DNA from: the human T2T-CHM13v2.0 reference genome, Homo sapiens
Assembly (NCBI RefSeq): GCF_009914755.1
Contig: NC_060935.1
Length of the DNA: 64,000 bases
Strand: one strand, 5' to 3'
The translations under genes were made by a program, and so were the position numbers. Under the pieces are notes generated by a model that did no database searches, was not told where the DNA came from, and saw only the letters and a program-made list of their open reading frames with translations. Below, piece after piece: positions 27,982 through 42,672 of the stretch. How positions within the stretch are numbered: the first letter of the stretch is position 1; each line of letters begins with the position of its first letter.

Positions 27982-29512
27982 AGTAAAAAAATATTTTTTA
28001 ATAGAAAAAAATTATACAACAAGGATATAAGGATATTTTTGTACATCTGTACAGTATGTTTATGTTTTAAGCCAAGTGTTATTATGAAAGAGTCAAAAGC
28101 TTTTAAACATTTAAAAGTTTATAAAGTTAAAAAGTTATAGTAAGCTAAGGTTAATTTATTATTGAAAAGGAAAATATTTTTAACAAATTTAATGTAGCCT
28201 AAGTATATAGTATTTTTAAAGTCTACAGTAGTGTACTGTAATGTCCTAGACCTTCACATTCACTCACCACTTACTCACTGACTCACCCAGAGCAACTTCC
28301 AGTATGGCAAGCTCCATTCATGGTAAGTGGCCTATGCAGATGTAGCTTTTTCATCTTTTATATCATATTTTTACTGTACCTTTTTTGTTTAGATACATTT
28401 AGACAGACGAATAGTTACCATTGTGTTATAATTGCCTACAGTATTCAATATAGTAACATGCTGTACAGGTTTGTAGCCTGGAAGCAACAGGCTATGCCGT
28501 AGAGCCTAGCTGTGTAGTAGGCTATGCCATCCAGGTTTGTGTAAGCACATTATGACATTGCCTAATGATGTTGCCTAATGCATGTCTCAGAAAATATCTC
28601 TGACTTTAAGTGATGCATGACTCTGTTGACTTGGTACACTTATTCTCACTTTGATCCTCAGAAATGTTAGTTATATCATTAATTTTATTTGGTCAAGGTT
28701 TAAAACATTGATTTCTACTGTGTAGTTATAATTCCCAAAGTTCTTTAGTCTTAGTTCTACATTTAAACAGATTTTGTAGTGCTCATAATCATTCATTTGT
28801 CACTGCTTCTCTATTCCATAATGCTTTATTTTGACTTAACCATTGGTTTTCTGAATTTCTTTTATGTAGCAGGTTTTTTAATGAAAAGCTCATGGGTGCT
28901 GTACTTTCTGAGTTCCTGAGAATATTTGCCTGTTGCCTTTGGGCTTGAATGACTTCAGAGACATTGTTCCACAATGTTGTGACATTGAATAATGCTAAGG
29001 AGAAGACTTTTCCTTCTTAAGTGCTTGAAATATTTTATCTTTATCCTTGAAGTTTGATAACTTAATCATGGTATGTGTAGGTATTGATCTTCCTGCACCA
29101 ATTATTCTTGAAATAAGAATAGGTTACCTAGAGTGCTGCAGAATTAGTTCTTTATTTCATGGAACTTTCCTGCTGTTTATCTTTGAATATGCTTTCCATT
29201 GCATTCACTGGGATTTCTACTTCAAGGATACCAAATAATCTTCTGGTAAACAATTTTCTTTTATACTTTTTATCTTCCCTCCATTTAGGTATTGGGAAGA
29301 GGGAGAGCCTCTCTCTTTTTTGTAACCTGGAAGTCATCAGTAAATTAATCCAAGAAACATCTCTATTAAATGAGTACATTTGTAAAACCAATCAACCAAC
29401 ATCCACTGATGACCTGCTATTCACCATACAATTCATTCAGTCACAAGATTTAGCCCCTGTTCTGTGCCAGACTCTGTGCTGAGTCCCAGGGACTGAGATG
29501 ACTTACACCTGG

Positions 29513-29911
29513 TTTATTAGGCTGTTCTTGCATTGCTATAAAGAAATATGTGAGACTGGGTAATTTGTAAGAGAAGAGGTTTAATTGGCTTAGGGTTCTG
29601 CAGTCTGTACAGGAAGCATGGCACTGGCAGCTGCTTCTGGGGAGGCCTTAGGAAGCTTACAATCATAGTGGAAGGTGAAGAGGGAGCAGGCATTGCACAT
29701 GGCAGGAGCAGGAGCAAGGGAGGTAGGAGGTGCCACACACTTTTAAACAACCAGATGTCATGAGAACTCATTTACTATGGTAAGGACAGCACCACCATAA
29801 GGGATCCACCCCCATGACCCAAACACCACCCCCCTTGACTCCCCACCTCCAATATTGGGGATTACATTTCAACATGAGATTTGGACAGGGAGAAATATCC
29901 AAACCATTTCA
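29513..29911 (-). mobile_element. MaLR solo LTR (MSTA/MSTB)
   Basis: MST motifs. 5-bp TSD cctgg at 29508-29512 and 29912-29916. Confidence 0.87.
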
Positions 29912-30739
29912 CCTGGTCTCCACCTCCAGCCTTGCGGGGTAATGAGGACACAGGTATAATCAGAAGGTGAAGCAGAATTGAGATGAGCAAGAGGCCCAAG
30001 AGCAAAGTAGGGGCCATACTCAAATAAGGCAGTTGATACAGATCTGAAGCATCAGATCTGTAGGGGAAATACAAGACCATCTGTGGGAAAGAAAATGAGG
30101 AGTCAGTACTTCAGAATACTGGAATCATGTTGGGAGTACAAGATGGGTTGGGACGAAGGCCTCAGGATGGTGGTGGTGAATGAGGTGATGGTGCTGGCTG
30201 TGTGGCCATGGGGCAGAGAAGCTACTTTACAGGTACTTAGACTAAATTGTAGGTCTGAGTCTCCTGAGCCCTTCCCTTGTCCTCCCTCCACATCGCTCTT
30301 GGGTGCATTTCTTCCTCCTGAGCTTTTCTCCATCAGCTGCTTTTCCTAGCAGCCTTGTCCTCGCAGCTGGTTCTGATTTTGTCCCCAGGTCCACCAGTCT
30401 AGGCAGCCTTGGAGGCACCTTTCTTAGACTTTCCTGTGGGAGAAAGTCTATGGTGCTTGTGGGTGGGAGAAGGAAACAAACAAAATAATTTTTCTTTGCA
30501 CCCCACCTTCTAAAGATGATGTCAGAAGGAAAGTCCTGAGTAAAGAAGAGGCTGGAGTCTGGGAGAAAAAGGACAAAAGCATTAAGGAATCTTGAAATCA
30601 CACTGACTTTTCAAGCTGTGCTCTATAGCTATTCTGGTCCCTGTGATCCTTTCCTGGGTAGGACTCACCCTGACCTATCCTTTCTCCAGGCACAAAGCAG
30701 CTGGGCTGTTGGGAAGATACAATAATTGATTGGCTCTGC

Positions 30740-31780
30740 TGTGTATTAGTCAAAACATTTTTGGTTGCACAGGGTAGAAGTTCAGCTCAAACTAGCTGTA
30801 CTAGTCTGGCAAATAGCAGAAAACAACTCTGGCTGGTTTAATCAACAGATAATTTTACCAAAGGATATTAGGTATCTCACAAAATCTCTATAGGGCCAGA
30901 GATCTGGGTCATATGTCTGAGCTCTACTTGCAAGGGAGACTGGAAAGCAAGTAAAGGCTTTTTCCTCTTCAGTGGGAGGAGAAGGTGGGAAACTCTTCAA
31001 ACATAGGAAGCTTCTGGGCAGCCAAGATAATGACAATGTCCAACACACCAGCTTGAGTAAACACAAAATTCATTTGTTCACTTAACTGGGATGTCCATGG
31101 GGATAGTTTGGCTTCTAATGTGGCTGACCCAAGATATCAACTGATCATTCTGTTCTTGCTCCATCTCTCAAAGATATTTTCCCCATATTGGTTTCATTCT
31201 CAGATAAGTCCTTTCCAGAGTCACATTATAACTTTCATGGGCCCTTGGTACTTTTGCTTTTTGGGTTCCTCCCTCCATACAACAATATTAAAAATTATAT
31301 TTTTATAATTGCATGGGTATAAAGTTGAATACAATCCAGGCTAGACTGTATTCCTTTTCTTCTGATTTTAAAAGAGTTAAAACATTTTCATGGGCTCCTG
31401 AAAGTATAGTGGGCCCTAGGCACTTTCCTACTGTTCCTAATGAATAACTCAGTCCTGGCTCTTTTTCCTGAATGGAGGAGTTGGCCAGTAGCAAATCCTG
31501 ACTCACAGAGCTTACTCCATCCTTGCAGCTCCTGATCCCAAGTGATGAAAGTGCACAATACTCTCTCTCGCATTGTATGTAGTATTGGCTCATTTGTAGA
31601 AGAATTGTTGTGTTCAGGACATGGGGATTTTCTAGTTAGACCGGGTCATGTGCCCATCCTTGAGGTGGAGAGTGTGGTGCTGTGTGGTCACCAGCCCCAC
31701 TAGAATCGCACGGAGTTGGGGGAGTTGCAGTTCCTAAAAACAAGAGCTACTGGGCACACAGGAAAGTAATAGGTATCCAC
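30740..31780 (-). mobile_element. Degraded MLT1-type MaLR LTR pieces
   Basis: tgtattagtcaaaacatttttggttgca...ctcaaactagct and gggtcatgtgcccatccttga motifs. Fragmented. Confidence 0.45.
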
Positions 31781-32162
31781 TCCAGCACCACAGTGAAGAT
31801 GTTGCAGGTGGAGAAGAGGTTCACATCATAAATGATCTGGCCTTACCAGGAAGTGACTGAACCATTTGGCATCTTTGACCTTCATGTAAGTTTGCCCCTG
31901 AGTATCATCTTGGGAGGTGCCAAGCACTTCCTGGCAGGTGGGCTGGAAAGTTTATTTATTTGTTCAGGTACCACCAGTGAATAGGTATAAAATCATAGAG
32001 CCAAAGTTCCCAGATTGTTAGACTCTTAGACTTAAAATTTTAAGAATTTGGAATCATTGAAACTTAGATTCTAAAGATTTTAGCACATTAGTCTCCAAAA
32101 ATCTAAAATATCTAAAATCATGGAATTTTAGATTTTTACATTCTTCCCCTTAGAATCTTTGT

Positions 32163-33049
32163 GAACTCAAATTTACAAGAAAAAAACAAACAACCCCATC
32201 AACAAGTGGGCGAAGGACATGAACAGACACTTCTCAAAAGAAGACATTTATGCAGCCAAAAAACACATGAAAAAATGCTCACCATCACTGGCTATCAGAG
32301 AAATGCAAATCAAAACCACAATGAGATACCATCTCACACCAGTTAGAATGGCAATCATTAAAAAGTCAGGAAACAACAGGTGCTGGAGAGGATGTGGAGA
32401 AATAGGAACACTTTTACACTGTTGGTGGGACTGTAAACTAGTTCAACCATTGTGGAAGACAGCGTGGCGATTCCTCAGGGATCTAGAACTAGAAATAGCC
32501 TTTGACCCAGCCATCCCATTACTGGGTATATACCCAAAGGACTATAAATCATGCTGCTATAAAGACACATGCACACGTATGTTTATTGCAGCACTATTCA
32601 CAATAGCAAAGACTTGGAACCAACCCAAATGTCCAACAATGATAGACTGGATTAAGAAAATGTGGCACATATACACCATGGAATACTATGCAGCCATAAA
32701 AAATGATGAGTTCATGTCCTTTGTAGGGACATGGATGAAATTGGAAATCATCATTCTCAGTAAACTATCACAAGAACAAAAAACCAAACACTGCATATTC
32801 TCACTCATAGGTGGGAACTGAACAATGAGAACACATGGACACAGGAAGGGGAACATCACATGTGGGGACAGTTGTGGGGTGGGGGGAGGGGGGAGTGATA
32901 GCTTTAGGAGATATACCTAATGCTAAATGACGAGTTAATGGGTGCAGCACACCAGCATGGCACATGTATACATATGTAACTAACCTGCACATTGTGCACA
33001 TGTACCCTAAAACTTAAAGTATAATAATAATAAAATAAAAAATAAAAAA
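32163..33049 (+). mobile_element. Young 5'-truncated L1PA2/PA3-like element
   Basis: ORF 32219..32821 is an uninterrupted ORF2 C-terminus. 3' UTR has gctaaatgacgag (not the L1HS ACA). Poly(A) tail and TSD agaatctttgt at 32152-32162 and 33050-33060. Confidence 0.92.
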
Positions 33050-33970
33050 AGAATCTTTGTTTCTAAATTTTAAAACTTTACAATCTCAAACCATAGACCT
33101 CAAATCTGAGAACTTTAGAATCTTATACTCTAAGAATGGTTTCAACATGATAGAATATTAGGATATTTGAGGGAAAATCTTGAATCTCAGAATCTTGCCT
33201 TGGGAGTCATGAGTCTTCCAAATCAGAGAAGCTTGGGCTCAGACCCCTGGTCTCCTGACCCTAGGATCTCTGAGCTGTCAGGGACTTAAAGTCAGGAAAG
33301 AACCATATTTGGCAACTCAGACCTTTATAAAGAGGCACTGGGGTGGATGGTGAATTTAGAGTCCCAGGGGTCAGTTTCTGTTCTGACTGCCCCATCTTGA
33401 ACCTGACCTGATCCTTGCCCAGGTACCTCCCAGTCTCCTTCAGAGCCTAGAACCCGAATCTTCCACACCCCCAACCCATGCCACCCCAACCCATGCCACC
33501 CCATCTTCTTGGGGCTGTTTCTTTTCTTCTTGTGCCTAGGGTGCCCAAGCCTTCCCTGGTAACCACTCACATGAATAGGATCCCAAACTGGGCAGATGAG
33601 CCCATTGGAGAGGGCAATAGGTTCCTTCCCCAGACCTTTTCCTAGGGCTCTCTGAGCCTTCTGGAGGCTAGGACTCCTTCTCTGAATATTATGTCTCTGG
33701 AACCTAGAGGAGTCATCCAGTAAGATACAGATATGCCAGCGGAATCTCACAAGGCTCTTACAAGGTGCCATAGAGCAACTGTTGGCTTTGTCTAGGTTCT
33801 GATATTCAGTAGCACCCTAATGTTTCCTTCATACTACTCGGGTCTGATAGCCACCTCTCCATGAGGAGCCTTAATTAAGCAGCTGAGGGACAGGAAAATT
33901 TCCTGAAACTAGAGATTATTCAAGACAATCTACTGAGAATAAAAGGTAACACAAAATAATATTTACTCCT

Positions 33971-34397
33971 TGATGTGGTTTGGATCTGTGTCCCTGCCCA
34001 AATCTCGTGTCAAATTATAATCCCCAATGTTGAACGTGGGGCTTGGTGGGAGGTGATCGGATCATGGTGGTGGATTTCTCAGGAATGGTTGAGCACCATC
34101 CCCTTGGTGCTGTTCTCATCACAGTTGGTGAGTTCCTGTGAGATCTGGTTGTTTAAAAGTGTGTGGCACCTCCTGCCTTGCTCTCTCTCTTGCTCCTGCT
34201 CTGGCCATGTAAAGTGCCTGCTCCCTCTTGGCCTTCTGCAGTGATTGTAATTTTCCTGCAGCCTCCCGAGAAGCCAAGCAGATGCCAGCATCATGCTTCC
34301 TATGCAGCCTGTAGAACCATGAGACAAACCCCTTTTCTTTATAAAGTACCCAACCTCAAGTATTTCTTTATAGCATTACGAGAATGGACTTAATACA
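33971..34397 (+). mobile_element. MaLR solo LTR (MSTA)
   Basis: tgatgtggtttggatctgtgtccc...gacttaataca. TSD ctcct at 33966-33970 and 34398-34402. Confidence 0.88.
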
Positions 34398-34900
34398 CTC
34401 CTGAAGTTTTTTTCTGGTGGTCATTAATTTGTTTTAAGCAGAAGTCTTCATAATTATATCTATGCATTTATATATAATATATATTTATATTCTGTGTATC
34501 AGAAGGTTTTGAGATAGCTTTAGAAACTATAGACAAAGTTTTTAAAAAAGGAAAAAACATAACAAAAAATAAGTTAGCAGGAGAGAGAATAACAATTGAT
34601 ATTTTTAGGCACTTGAATAAGAGAGGTGCAAAAGATGAGGAAGCGGCTGAGTTCCTGTCAGCTAAGGCAAAAAAGAATCTGGCTGGGTACAAAGCATTTC
34701 ATTACCCAGCAAAAAAAGGAAAATAGTTTGCTTTTATGTAAAACATTTTTCTTCCACTATCTTTAAGGAGAAAGTTATTGGGCAAAACTGAGTAATATTA
34801 TGGGGATGACATTAAATTAATCAATTCTGCACAATAATATTAAAAGCTAATGCTTACTGAGTGCTTACTATGTGCTTTCTTGTGTTAGAAATGCAAATCC

Positions 34901-35240
<340 letters not shown>

Positions 35241-36122
35241 CTATGTGATTAAAAAAATCAGGTTACAGCCCAGGCACCTGTGTTTTCATGAGCTGTCACT
35301 ATGATTTCTATGCACACTAAAGTTTGAGAACCCCTGGTGTAGAGGATCAGGCACTGAGAGAAGGGGCACCCTGGAATTCTGTGTCGCCATGAATCACCCT
35401 CCAGATCCTCAAGCCTCTTGAGGAGAATGGACCTTTGACTTTGTTTTTACTCATTCTTCTTATAAGGCTAAGGGGAGGGGCACTTAATGAGCAAAGACAG
35501 CTTAATGGAAATGAAATGGACCTCAGCCAGGAAACCGGGGCCATAGCTCCAGTTTTTCTTTAATTTCTCTGATCCTCTCTGTCTGGACGTGAGTCTATCC
35601 ATCCATGCAATGTAGGAGCTGATGAAATGATTGTTCAGAGAGAGGGAGGGAACTAATTGTGAGTGACACCATGGGCCAAGGGCTGAACTAATTAAGCCAC
35701 TCTGTGTCCCAGGCCCTCTGAGAGGTGCTGTGGATACAGAGATGAAAAAGAGGCCCAGTTTCCATCCTCACATGGCTTCATTCTTCTCATAAAAAACACA
35801 TACAAGTAACAACAAGGTAATTATAATTCAGTGTGATAAGGGCAGTTGTTGGTAACCAACATACTAGCTAGAAACTGGTTTTCTTTCTCTAGCATAACAA
35901 TTAGAAAAAAGTTTAAATTTTTTCACAATAGTAACATAAATAATAAAGTTTATCCTACCAAAAATGACTACCAAGTTTGTTGAAAAAAATTAAAAACTAA
36001 AAGAAGATTCAAATAAATGGGGAGCTATATCCCCATTTATAGTGGGAGGGGTAGCATAATGCAACCCCCTGAAAATTATTGCTGAATTTTTGAGAGAGCT
36101 TGCAAACTTACTGCAAAATTTA

Positions 36123-36417
<295 letters not shown>

Positions 36418-37307
36418 CAAAATTTAAATGAAAGAATAAAGACAAACAAATAGCTAAGTCAATTTTAAAAAACATGAAGGGGCTTCCATTATCAGCTAGG
36501 ATAAAAGCTAGGATAAAAGACATACTTCAAAGCTATAATAATAAAATAGTATTGTTCTGGCATAACAATAGACAAAATAATAATGGAATATAATAGATAG
36601 CTCAGAGGTAGATGAGGTGTGTAGGAATTTGATATTGATAAAGATGGTACTACAAAACAATGAGGAAGGACAGATTTTTTTTAAAAGATAGATTTAAGAA
36701 AAAAATGGTTTCTGATATGAAGAAAAAGAAAGAGGAATTTCTTCCTTATACCCTAAACAGAGAGGAACTCCACATGATTTTAAGATATAAGTTTGAAAAA
36801 TAAAACTAGGAAGCTAATGAAAAAACTGCTGGGAAATACCTTTATGATATAAAAAGAAGAAAAGACTAAAACTCCACAGGCCATAAGGTTTAAATGTGAT
36901 GGATTTGACTACATCAAATTAGATATTTCTGCTCAATGGAGAATAGATTATAAACTGGGAAAACATATTTGCAAGTTAAAGTTGACACGGCATGAACATG
37001 TGGAAGTCCTGCAAAGCAATACAATAAGATAGAAGATCCAAAGAAATGAGCAAAATTTCTCAATAAGATTTGCAAAGGGGGCATGCTAAGTGCTAACAAG
37101 TATTTAAAGAGTGTTTCTATTTATTAGTAATCAGAAAGGTGCATATTAGGCAGAACGAAGTAGCTCTTTAGCCTGATAAGAATGGCAAAAATTAGAAAGC
37201 TGGATAATAGCAAGTCTTGATGAAGATGTGGAAAGATGGGAACTGTTTAGTCCATTATTGCTGGGAGTGTAAATGGCACAGCCATTCTAGGAAACAATCT
37301 CAAAGTA

Positions 37308-37916
37308 CAGTCAACTGTCATTATTTACAGTAGTTATGTTTTATAAAGTTGCCGCAAACACTGAATTAGTGAATACTGAATCATTTCTCTAGGGGAAATA
37401 CAGGATTAGGTTTCTGCAAGCCTCTGGTTACAACATTTTTATCAATCAAACAATGCATAACCTGGTTTTACATATGCTTCTATTTAAATACATTGTATTT
37501 AACATGTATTATTGATTTGTTGACATTGAAGTCATGGCCAACAGCACTAGAACTCATGCCTGAACACAGCTTATCTAACACATATTTTTTTTCCACAAGC
37601 CTTCTTGCAGTAGAAACACTAGACAGCACTTCAGCACCATGCTTGGAAATATTTTAAACAGTGAAATCACCAACAAAAAGAGCATAAAAATGTGAAAAAC
37701 ATGGCTCTAAATAGCCCGCCAAAAGGGCACTTATTTACAGAGCTGAACCACAAAGGCAGAACGTCATCTTGTTCGATCTCAGCTAGGAACGTGCTCATAG
37801 GGTGACTCAGATTTTTGGCCACTGTGTGCATGTTCGAGAACGACCCTGCAAGTTCTGTGAGTGCTGGGGTTAGCAAGCAGGCAAATTTGCAATCTTCAAA
37901 CGATGGGGATGGACTG
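37308..37916. mobile_element. MER82-like TcMar-Tigger non-autonomous DNA transposon
   Basis: TA|cagtc...gactg|TA termini. Internal ctaggggaaatacagg and ggccaacagcactagaactcatgcctgaac motifs. Confidence 0.82.
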
Positions 37917-38448
37917 TATTTAGCTAAAGGTTATGCATACCCTATGACTAATGTATTTCACTCCTTGATATATATTTCAGGAAAATCCTCCATGGGTCTG
38001 TAAAGGGATATAACACAAGGACATTCATGAAGACATAAAGGTAGCAAAGAGTTAGAGGCAATTTAGGTGCCCTCCACTAGGAGAAAAGTAAAAAGTGATC
38101 CAATCATACTATGGAATATTATGTATCAGTTGAAACCAATGAAACTAGATGTATAAATAACAACATAAATATATCTTTAAAAAGTAGAATGAGTAAAAAA
38201 CGTAAGAAATACATTGAGCCATGAAACAATGCTTTTATTGTAAATTAAAATTACACATACATACACAAAGCAGCACTATGCCTTGTGCTTATGTGGGAAA
38301 GAGATTGAAAGGGGAAAATAAGTAAAACAAGCAAGGGGCCTGCAGAAACTAATGAGTATACCATGCTCTGAGCTCTTTTCTGCTAAGGTCCAAAAAAAAA
38401 AAAAAAAAGTGCCATAATGGTGGAATTATAAAGTGCTACAGGGCACCA

Positions 38449-38565
38449 GCAGGGTGTGGTGGCTCACACCTGCAATCCTATCACTTTGCAGGGCTGAGGT
38501 GGGAGGATTGCTTGAGGCCAGGAGCTGGAGACCAGCCTGGGCAACATAGCGAGACTCTCTCTCTC
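38449..38565 (+). mobile_element. FLAM/AluJ left monomer
   Basis: Monomer ending gcaacatagcgagactct, with no normal A tail. Confidence 0.85.
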
Positions 38566-38621
38566 GCTCATAGGGTGACTGGGATTTTTGGCCACTCTGT
38601 GCATATATATATGTATGTATT

Positions 38622-38625
<4 letters not shown>

Positions 38626-38670
<45 letters not shown>
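38626..38670. repeat. (CA)n microsatellite
   Basis: About 22 uninterrupted CA units. Confidence 0.97.
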
Positions 38671-38673
<3 letters not shown>

Positions 38674-38699
38674 AAAGAATGACATCTACCTCACATTTC

Positions 38700-39170
38700 A
38701 GAATTAGGAGCCAGGGAGGCTTCTAATTCTCTAATTTCCTGGATAATTCCCTGGAGGAGCCTGAGTAAAATGTAAGCAAGTGAGATGGACAAGGAGGAAA
38801 AGTGCTTCAGGAAGAGAGAAGAGTTTGCTAGAGTTTGAAGAGAGAATGAGAACTTGATGTGTTTGAGAAACTGAAAAGAAATTCAGAATTGCCATGCAAG
38901 AGACAATGGTGAGACTTGAGGCCAAACAGATCGTTCAGGGCTGGATCAGAGAGAGTCTTTAAGTCGCATGGATAGTGGTAATGTGACCAGATCTGTGTGT
39001 CAGAAAACCTGCTCTGGCCACTTTCTGTATGGGAACACGGGCACACAAGCAGAGAGATCCGTGAAGAGAATGCTGTGCTCATCCAGAAGAGATCAGATGG
39101 TGACACCTGCACCCGGGTCAAGGTTGTGGGGATGGAGAGGAGCCAAGGTGTCTAGGGACACCTTCACAAC
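38700..39170 (-). mobile_element. L2 fragment
   Basis: atgtgtttgagaaactgaaaagaa...gtgaccagatctgtgtgtcagaaaa resembles antisense L2. Confidence 0.5.
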
Positions 39171-39284
39171 CAGCACCTCAGGTTCACAGGGGTGAAAAGA
39201 CTCCACCAAGTGTATAGGGCTTCAAATTCCCTCCCTCTCACCCTTCTTTTTAAGACAAACTGCTCCACTGATTCTTTTTGTAGG

Positions 39285-39760
39285 TTATTTATTTATTTTA
39301 ATCAATAAACAAAAACTGTATATATTGGCTGGGCGTGGTGGTTCATGCCTGGAATCCTAGTGCTTTGGGGGGCTGAGGCGGGCAGATCACTTGAGCCCAG
39401 GAGTTAGAGACCAGCCTGGGCAACATGGCAAAACCCCATCTGTTTTTATTAACAAAAATAAAATATGAAAAATATTTTAAAACTCTGTATATTTATGGTG
39501 TACAACATGATGTCTTGAAATATCAACACATTGCAGAATGGCTAAATCAAACTAATTAACATGTATATGACTTTAAATACTTATCTTTTTGTAGTGAGAA
39601 CACAAAATCTATTCTTTTTCAATTTTCAAGTATATAATACATTGTTATTAATTATAGTCATCATGTTGTACAATAGATCTCTTGAACTTATTCCTCCTGC
39701 TTAGCTGAAATTTTGTACTCTTTGATTGATATCTTCCCAATCCACCCACCCTCTCTCCCT
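39285..39760 (-). mobile_element. L1MA 3' end with an inserted FLAM (39327-39480, +)
   Basis: L1MA 3' UTR motifs (atgttgtacaatagatctcttgaacttattcctcct) and an Alu monomer. Confidence 0.75.
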
Positions 39761-39929
39761 GAGCTGCTTCCACTGATTAGGTGCCCCTGTTAAATCATAT
39801 GATTGAACTCATACACTGCCCTCTGGCCACAGCTAATTTGGTCCAGAGCTGGCATCTGACAAAAAGCAGCCAACTCCCAGGCTATCCGTGACCTGTGATC
39901 TATGGCCTGGCTTGAAACTATTTAACTTT

Positions 39930-40910
39930 AAAAAATTGTGGTAAATATACATAACACAATACTTACCATGTAACCATTCTTAAGTGTAGAGTTTGATGGC
40001 ATTAAGTACATTTACAATACTGTCCAACCATCACTACTAACCATTTCCAGAACCTTGTAATCATCCCAAACAGAAACTCTGTATTTATAAAACAATAACT
40101 TCCCATTCTCCTCTCCCCTCAGCTCCTAGTAACCATTGCTCTACTGTCTGTCCCTGTGAATTTGACTATTCTAAGCACCTCATGTAAGTGGAATAATATA
40201 ATAATTACCCTTTTGTGTCTGGCTTATTTCTTTTAGCATAATGTCTTTAAGGTTCATCCATGTTGGAGCATGTATCAGAATTTCATTCCTTTTCAAGGCT
40301 GAATAATATTCCATTTAATGTATATACCACATTTTGTTTTTCCATTCATCTGTCATTGGACATTCAGGTTGTTTCTACCTCTTGATTATTGTGAATAATG
40401 CTGCTGTGAACATAAGGATAAAAATATCTCTTCAGGACTCTGCTTTCAATTCTTTTGGATATATAACCAGAAGTGGAATTAATGGGTCATGTGGTATTTA
40501 TATGTTTAATTTCTTGAGGAACTGCCATATTGTTTTCCATAGCAGCTGCACCATTTACATTCCTACTAATAATGCACAAGGGTTCCAATTTCTCCACATC
40601 CTTATCAACACATCATTTTCTGGTTTGCTTATTTTATTAATAATAATTTTATTATTAAATATTTTATTATCATTATAAATTTTTATTAGCTATAATATAA
40701 TATTAATATTATATAATATACCATATAATAATATATGCTAATATAATAAAGTTATCATATAATTTATCAATATAATATAATAATTAATTATTGATTATTT
40801 TAATAATAATTATTAATTTATTATCAGATAAGTGATTGGCAAATACTTTCCCCCATTCTGTGGGTTGTCTTTTCACTCTCTTGATAGTGTCCTTTGATGT
40901 ACAAAAGTTG
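39930..40910 (-). mobile_element. L1MB 3' end with AT-rich expansion (about 40630-40825)
   Basis: L1MB 3' UTR and ORF2-end motifs. Confidence 0.78.
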
Positions 40911-42672
40911 AAGCAATTTTTTCTTAGTTGGGAAATACTGAGAGACTACCAATTAGCAGGTATAGCTACAAGTGAAAAACATTGTTGTTGCTATGATTTC
41001 ATGTCTACTCATGACAAATGTTTAGGAGAAACCACAGGAAAATATTGAGTGAGGGTAGAACTAGCCTGAGATTCCATATCCCTACCATTCACTTAACATG
41101 TGTTTCATTCTTTGTTCATCTAGAAGGGGAGCTAAAGATGAAAAGATGTCATGATCTGGGGACACAGCAAACCAAAGCCCTGACCTGAAACTGAAATCGA
41201 TACCAGAAGGGAAGTTCTGAACAGATAAACCCCAAACAGAACTTTGGTAGTAACACAGGAGTACTCTGGGAATTGTTTATTGGGTGGTAGTGGAGTCGAC
41301 AGTAAAAAAAAATTTCCCCTCTACGCCCTTAGGTTAATTCTGATAGTGCATGCAACTCAGGGGCAAGGCGACTTATTAGGCTATCTCCTTTAGACTTTGA
41401 GGATGTGTTCCCACTGACATTTAGACATAAGTTTCAAGGAATGAGAAATAAATGTCTTGCAGAATTAGTAATGTTTAGATAAAAGTACATAAATCCCAAT
41501 CCCAGCTGCCCAGGGTCAGTAAACAAGGAAACTCAGAGCCTTCATATCACCCTGTTTTGGGAAGCCATTTCTGACCATAGCAGGATCTCTGAGATCACTG
41601 AAAGCTGAGTTCAGGAACAAATCACATCCTTTGTTGAATTGCACCCATTGAGTTCCCATTTACATTGGGTCTTATGCAATGGGAAAATGGTTAACAGTAT
41701 TGCCTTGATTGACAAAAACTGGGACTCTTATCTGTAAAGAGCCAAAGATGAGGATATTTTTTTCACCTGGGTTCCCCCTTAACACTTTTCACTGTTTTAC
41801 ATGTCCCTCAGTGGACAAACCTGACAGGTCTTCAAGAGGAAATTTGCCATAGGAGAAGGGAAAAAGGAGCCTGGGCTTGCCACTTGGGGCAGAAAGAGGA
41901 ATATCTAGGACCATATTTTGAGAAAGGGTGGTGGCCCCAGGAACAGCATACTTCTGATAAGGAGAAACTTCTCCACTCAGCCACCCAGTGTCTCTACTTA
42001 GCCACCATGGGGAAACTATGGTGTGCTGATAATTAAAATAACTAATGTTTTTTACCCAAACAGGTGTGCTAAGGGACACTGCTTGCCTGAGCATAAGCTG
42101 GGTGAGGGGCATGCTCTGCTTCTAGGGCATCATGCGGGTCTAGATAGCAGAGGCAAATTTCCTGTGTGTCTGGCATTGAAAATCAGTGGTGGCAGTGAAT
42201 TTTCAAGCAACAAGGATTGAGATGGGAGCAGTTTCAGAGTTTTTCCATTGAGGAATATTTCTATCTAAGTTGCTATTTCAACAAAAAGGGCAAGAATAAT
42301 TCATATCTAATAGCTGGCAATGCAAGGGATTTTCAGAAACATTGAAAGAAAAGATCCAAGGGAAAAGACAGAGTTTCTTCCTAATCAAATACTTGGAAAC
42401 TGCAAGAATCAAAACTGTTTGAATTAATGGTAATGTGACCTCAATTATATTCACAGTCTTGTGAAATTTGGGGTTCACACCTTAAAATTGAATTTAAAAA
42501 TCCTACTCTTTTTTCTATGAATTAAGAAAAAAATTATCATTTTATTATAATGGAGGACTACCTAGGACAATATTTTGAGAATGAGTGTTCTAACTACTGG
42601 GCTTTCTAAATTTTCCACTTTTCCCTCTATGTTATTGATGTTTATGAGAGAAGATGAAGTTATTTCTTTGAA

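Noticed and set aside
32219-32821. 200-aa ORF as a gene
   Set aside because: It is the ORF2 C-terminus of a young, promoterless, 5'-truncated L1.
33466-33503. 15-bp tandem repeat (caccccaacccatgc, about 2.5 copies) within the 148-aa ORF 33325..33771
   Set aside because: Short local duplication; the ORF has no recognisable domain.
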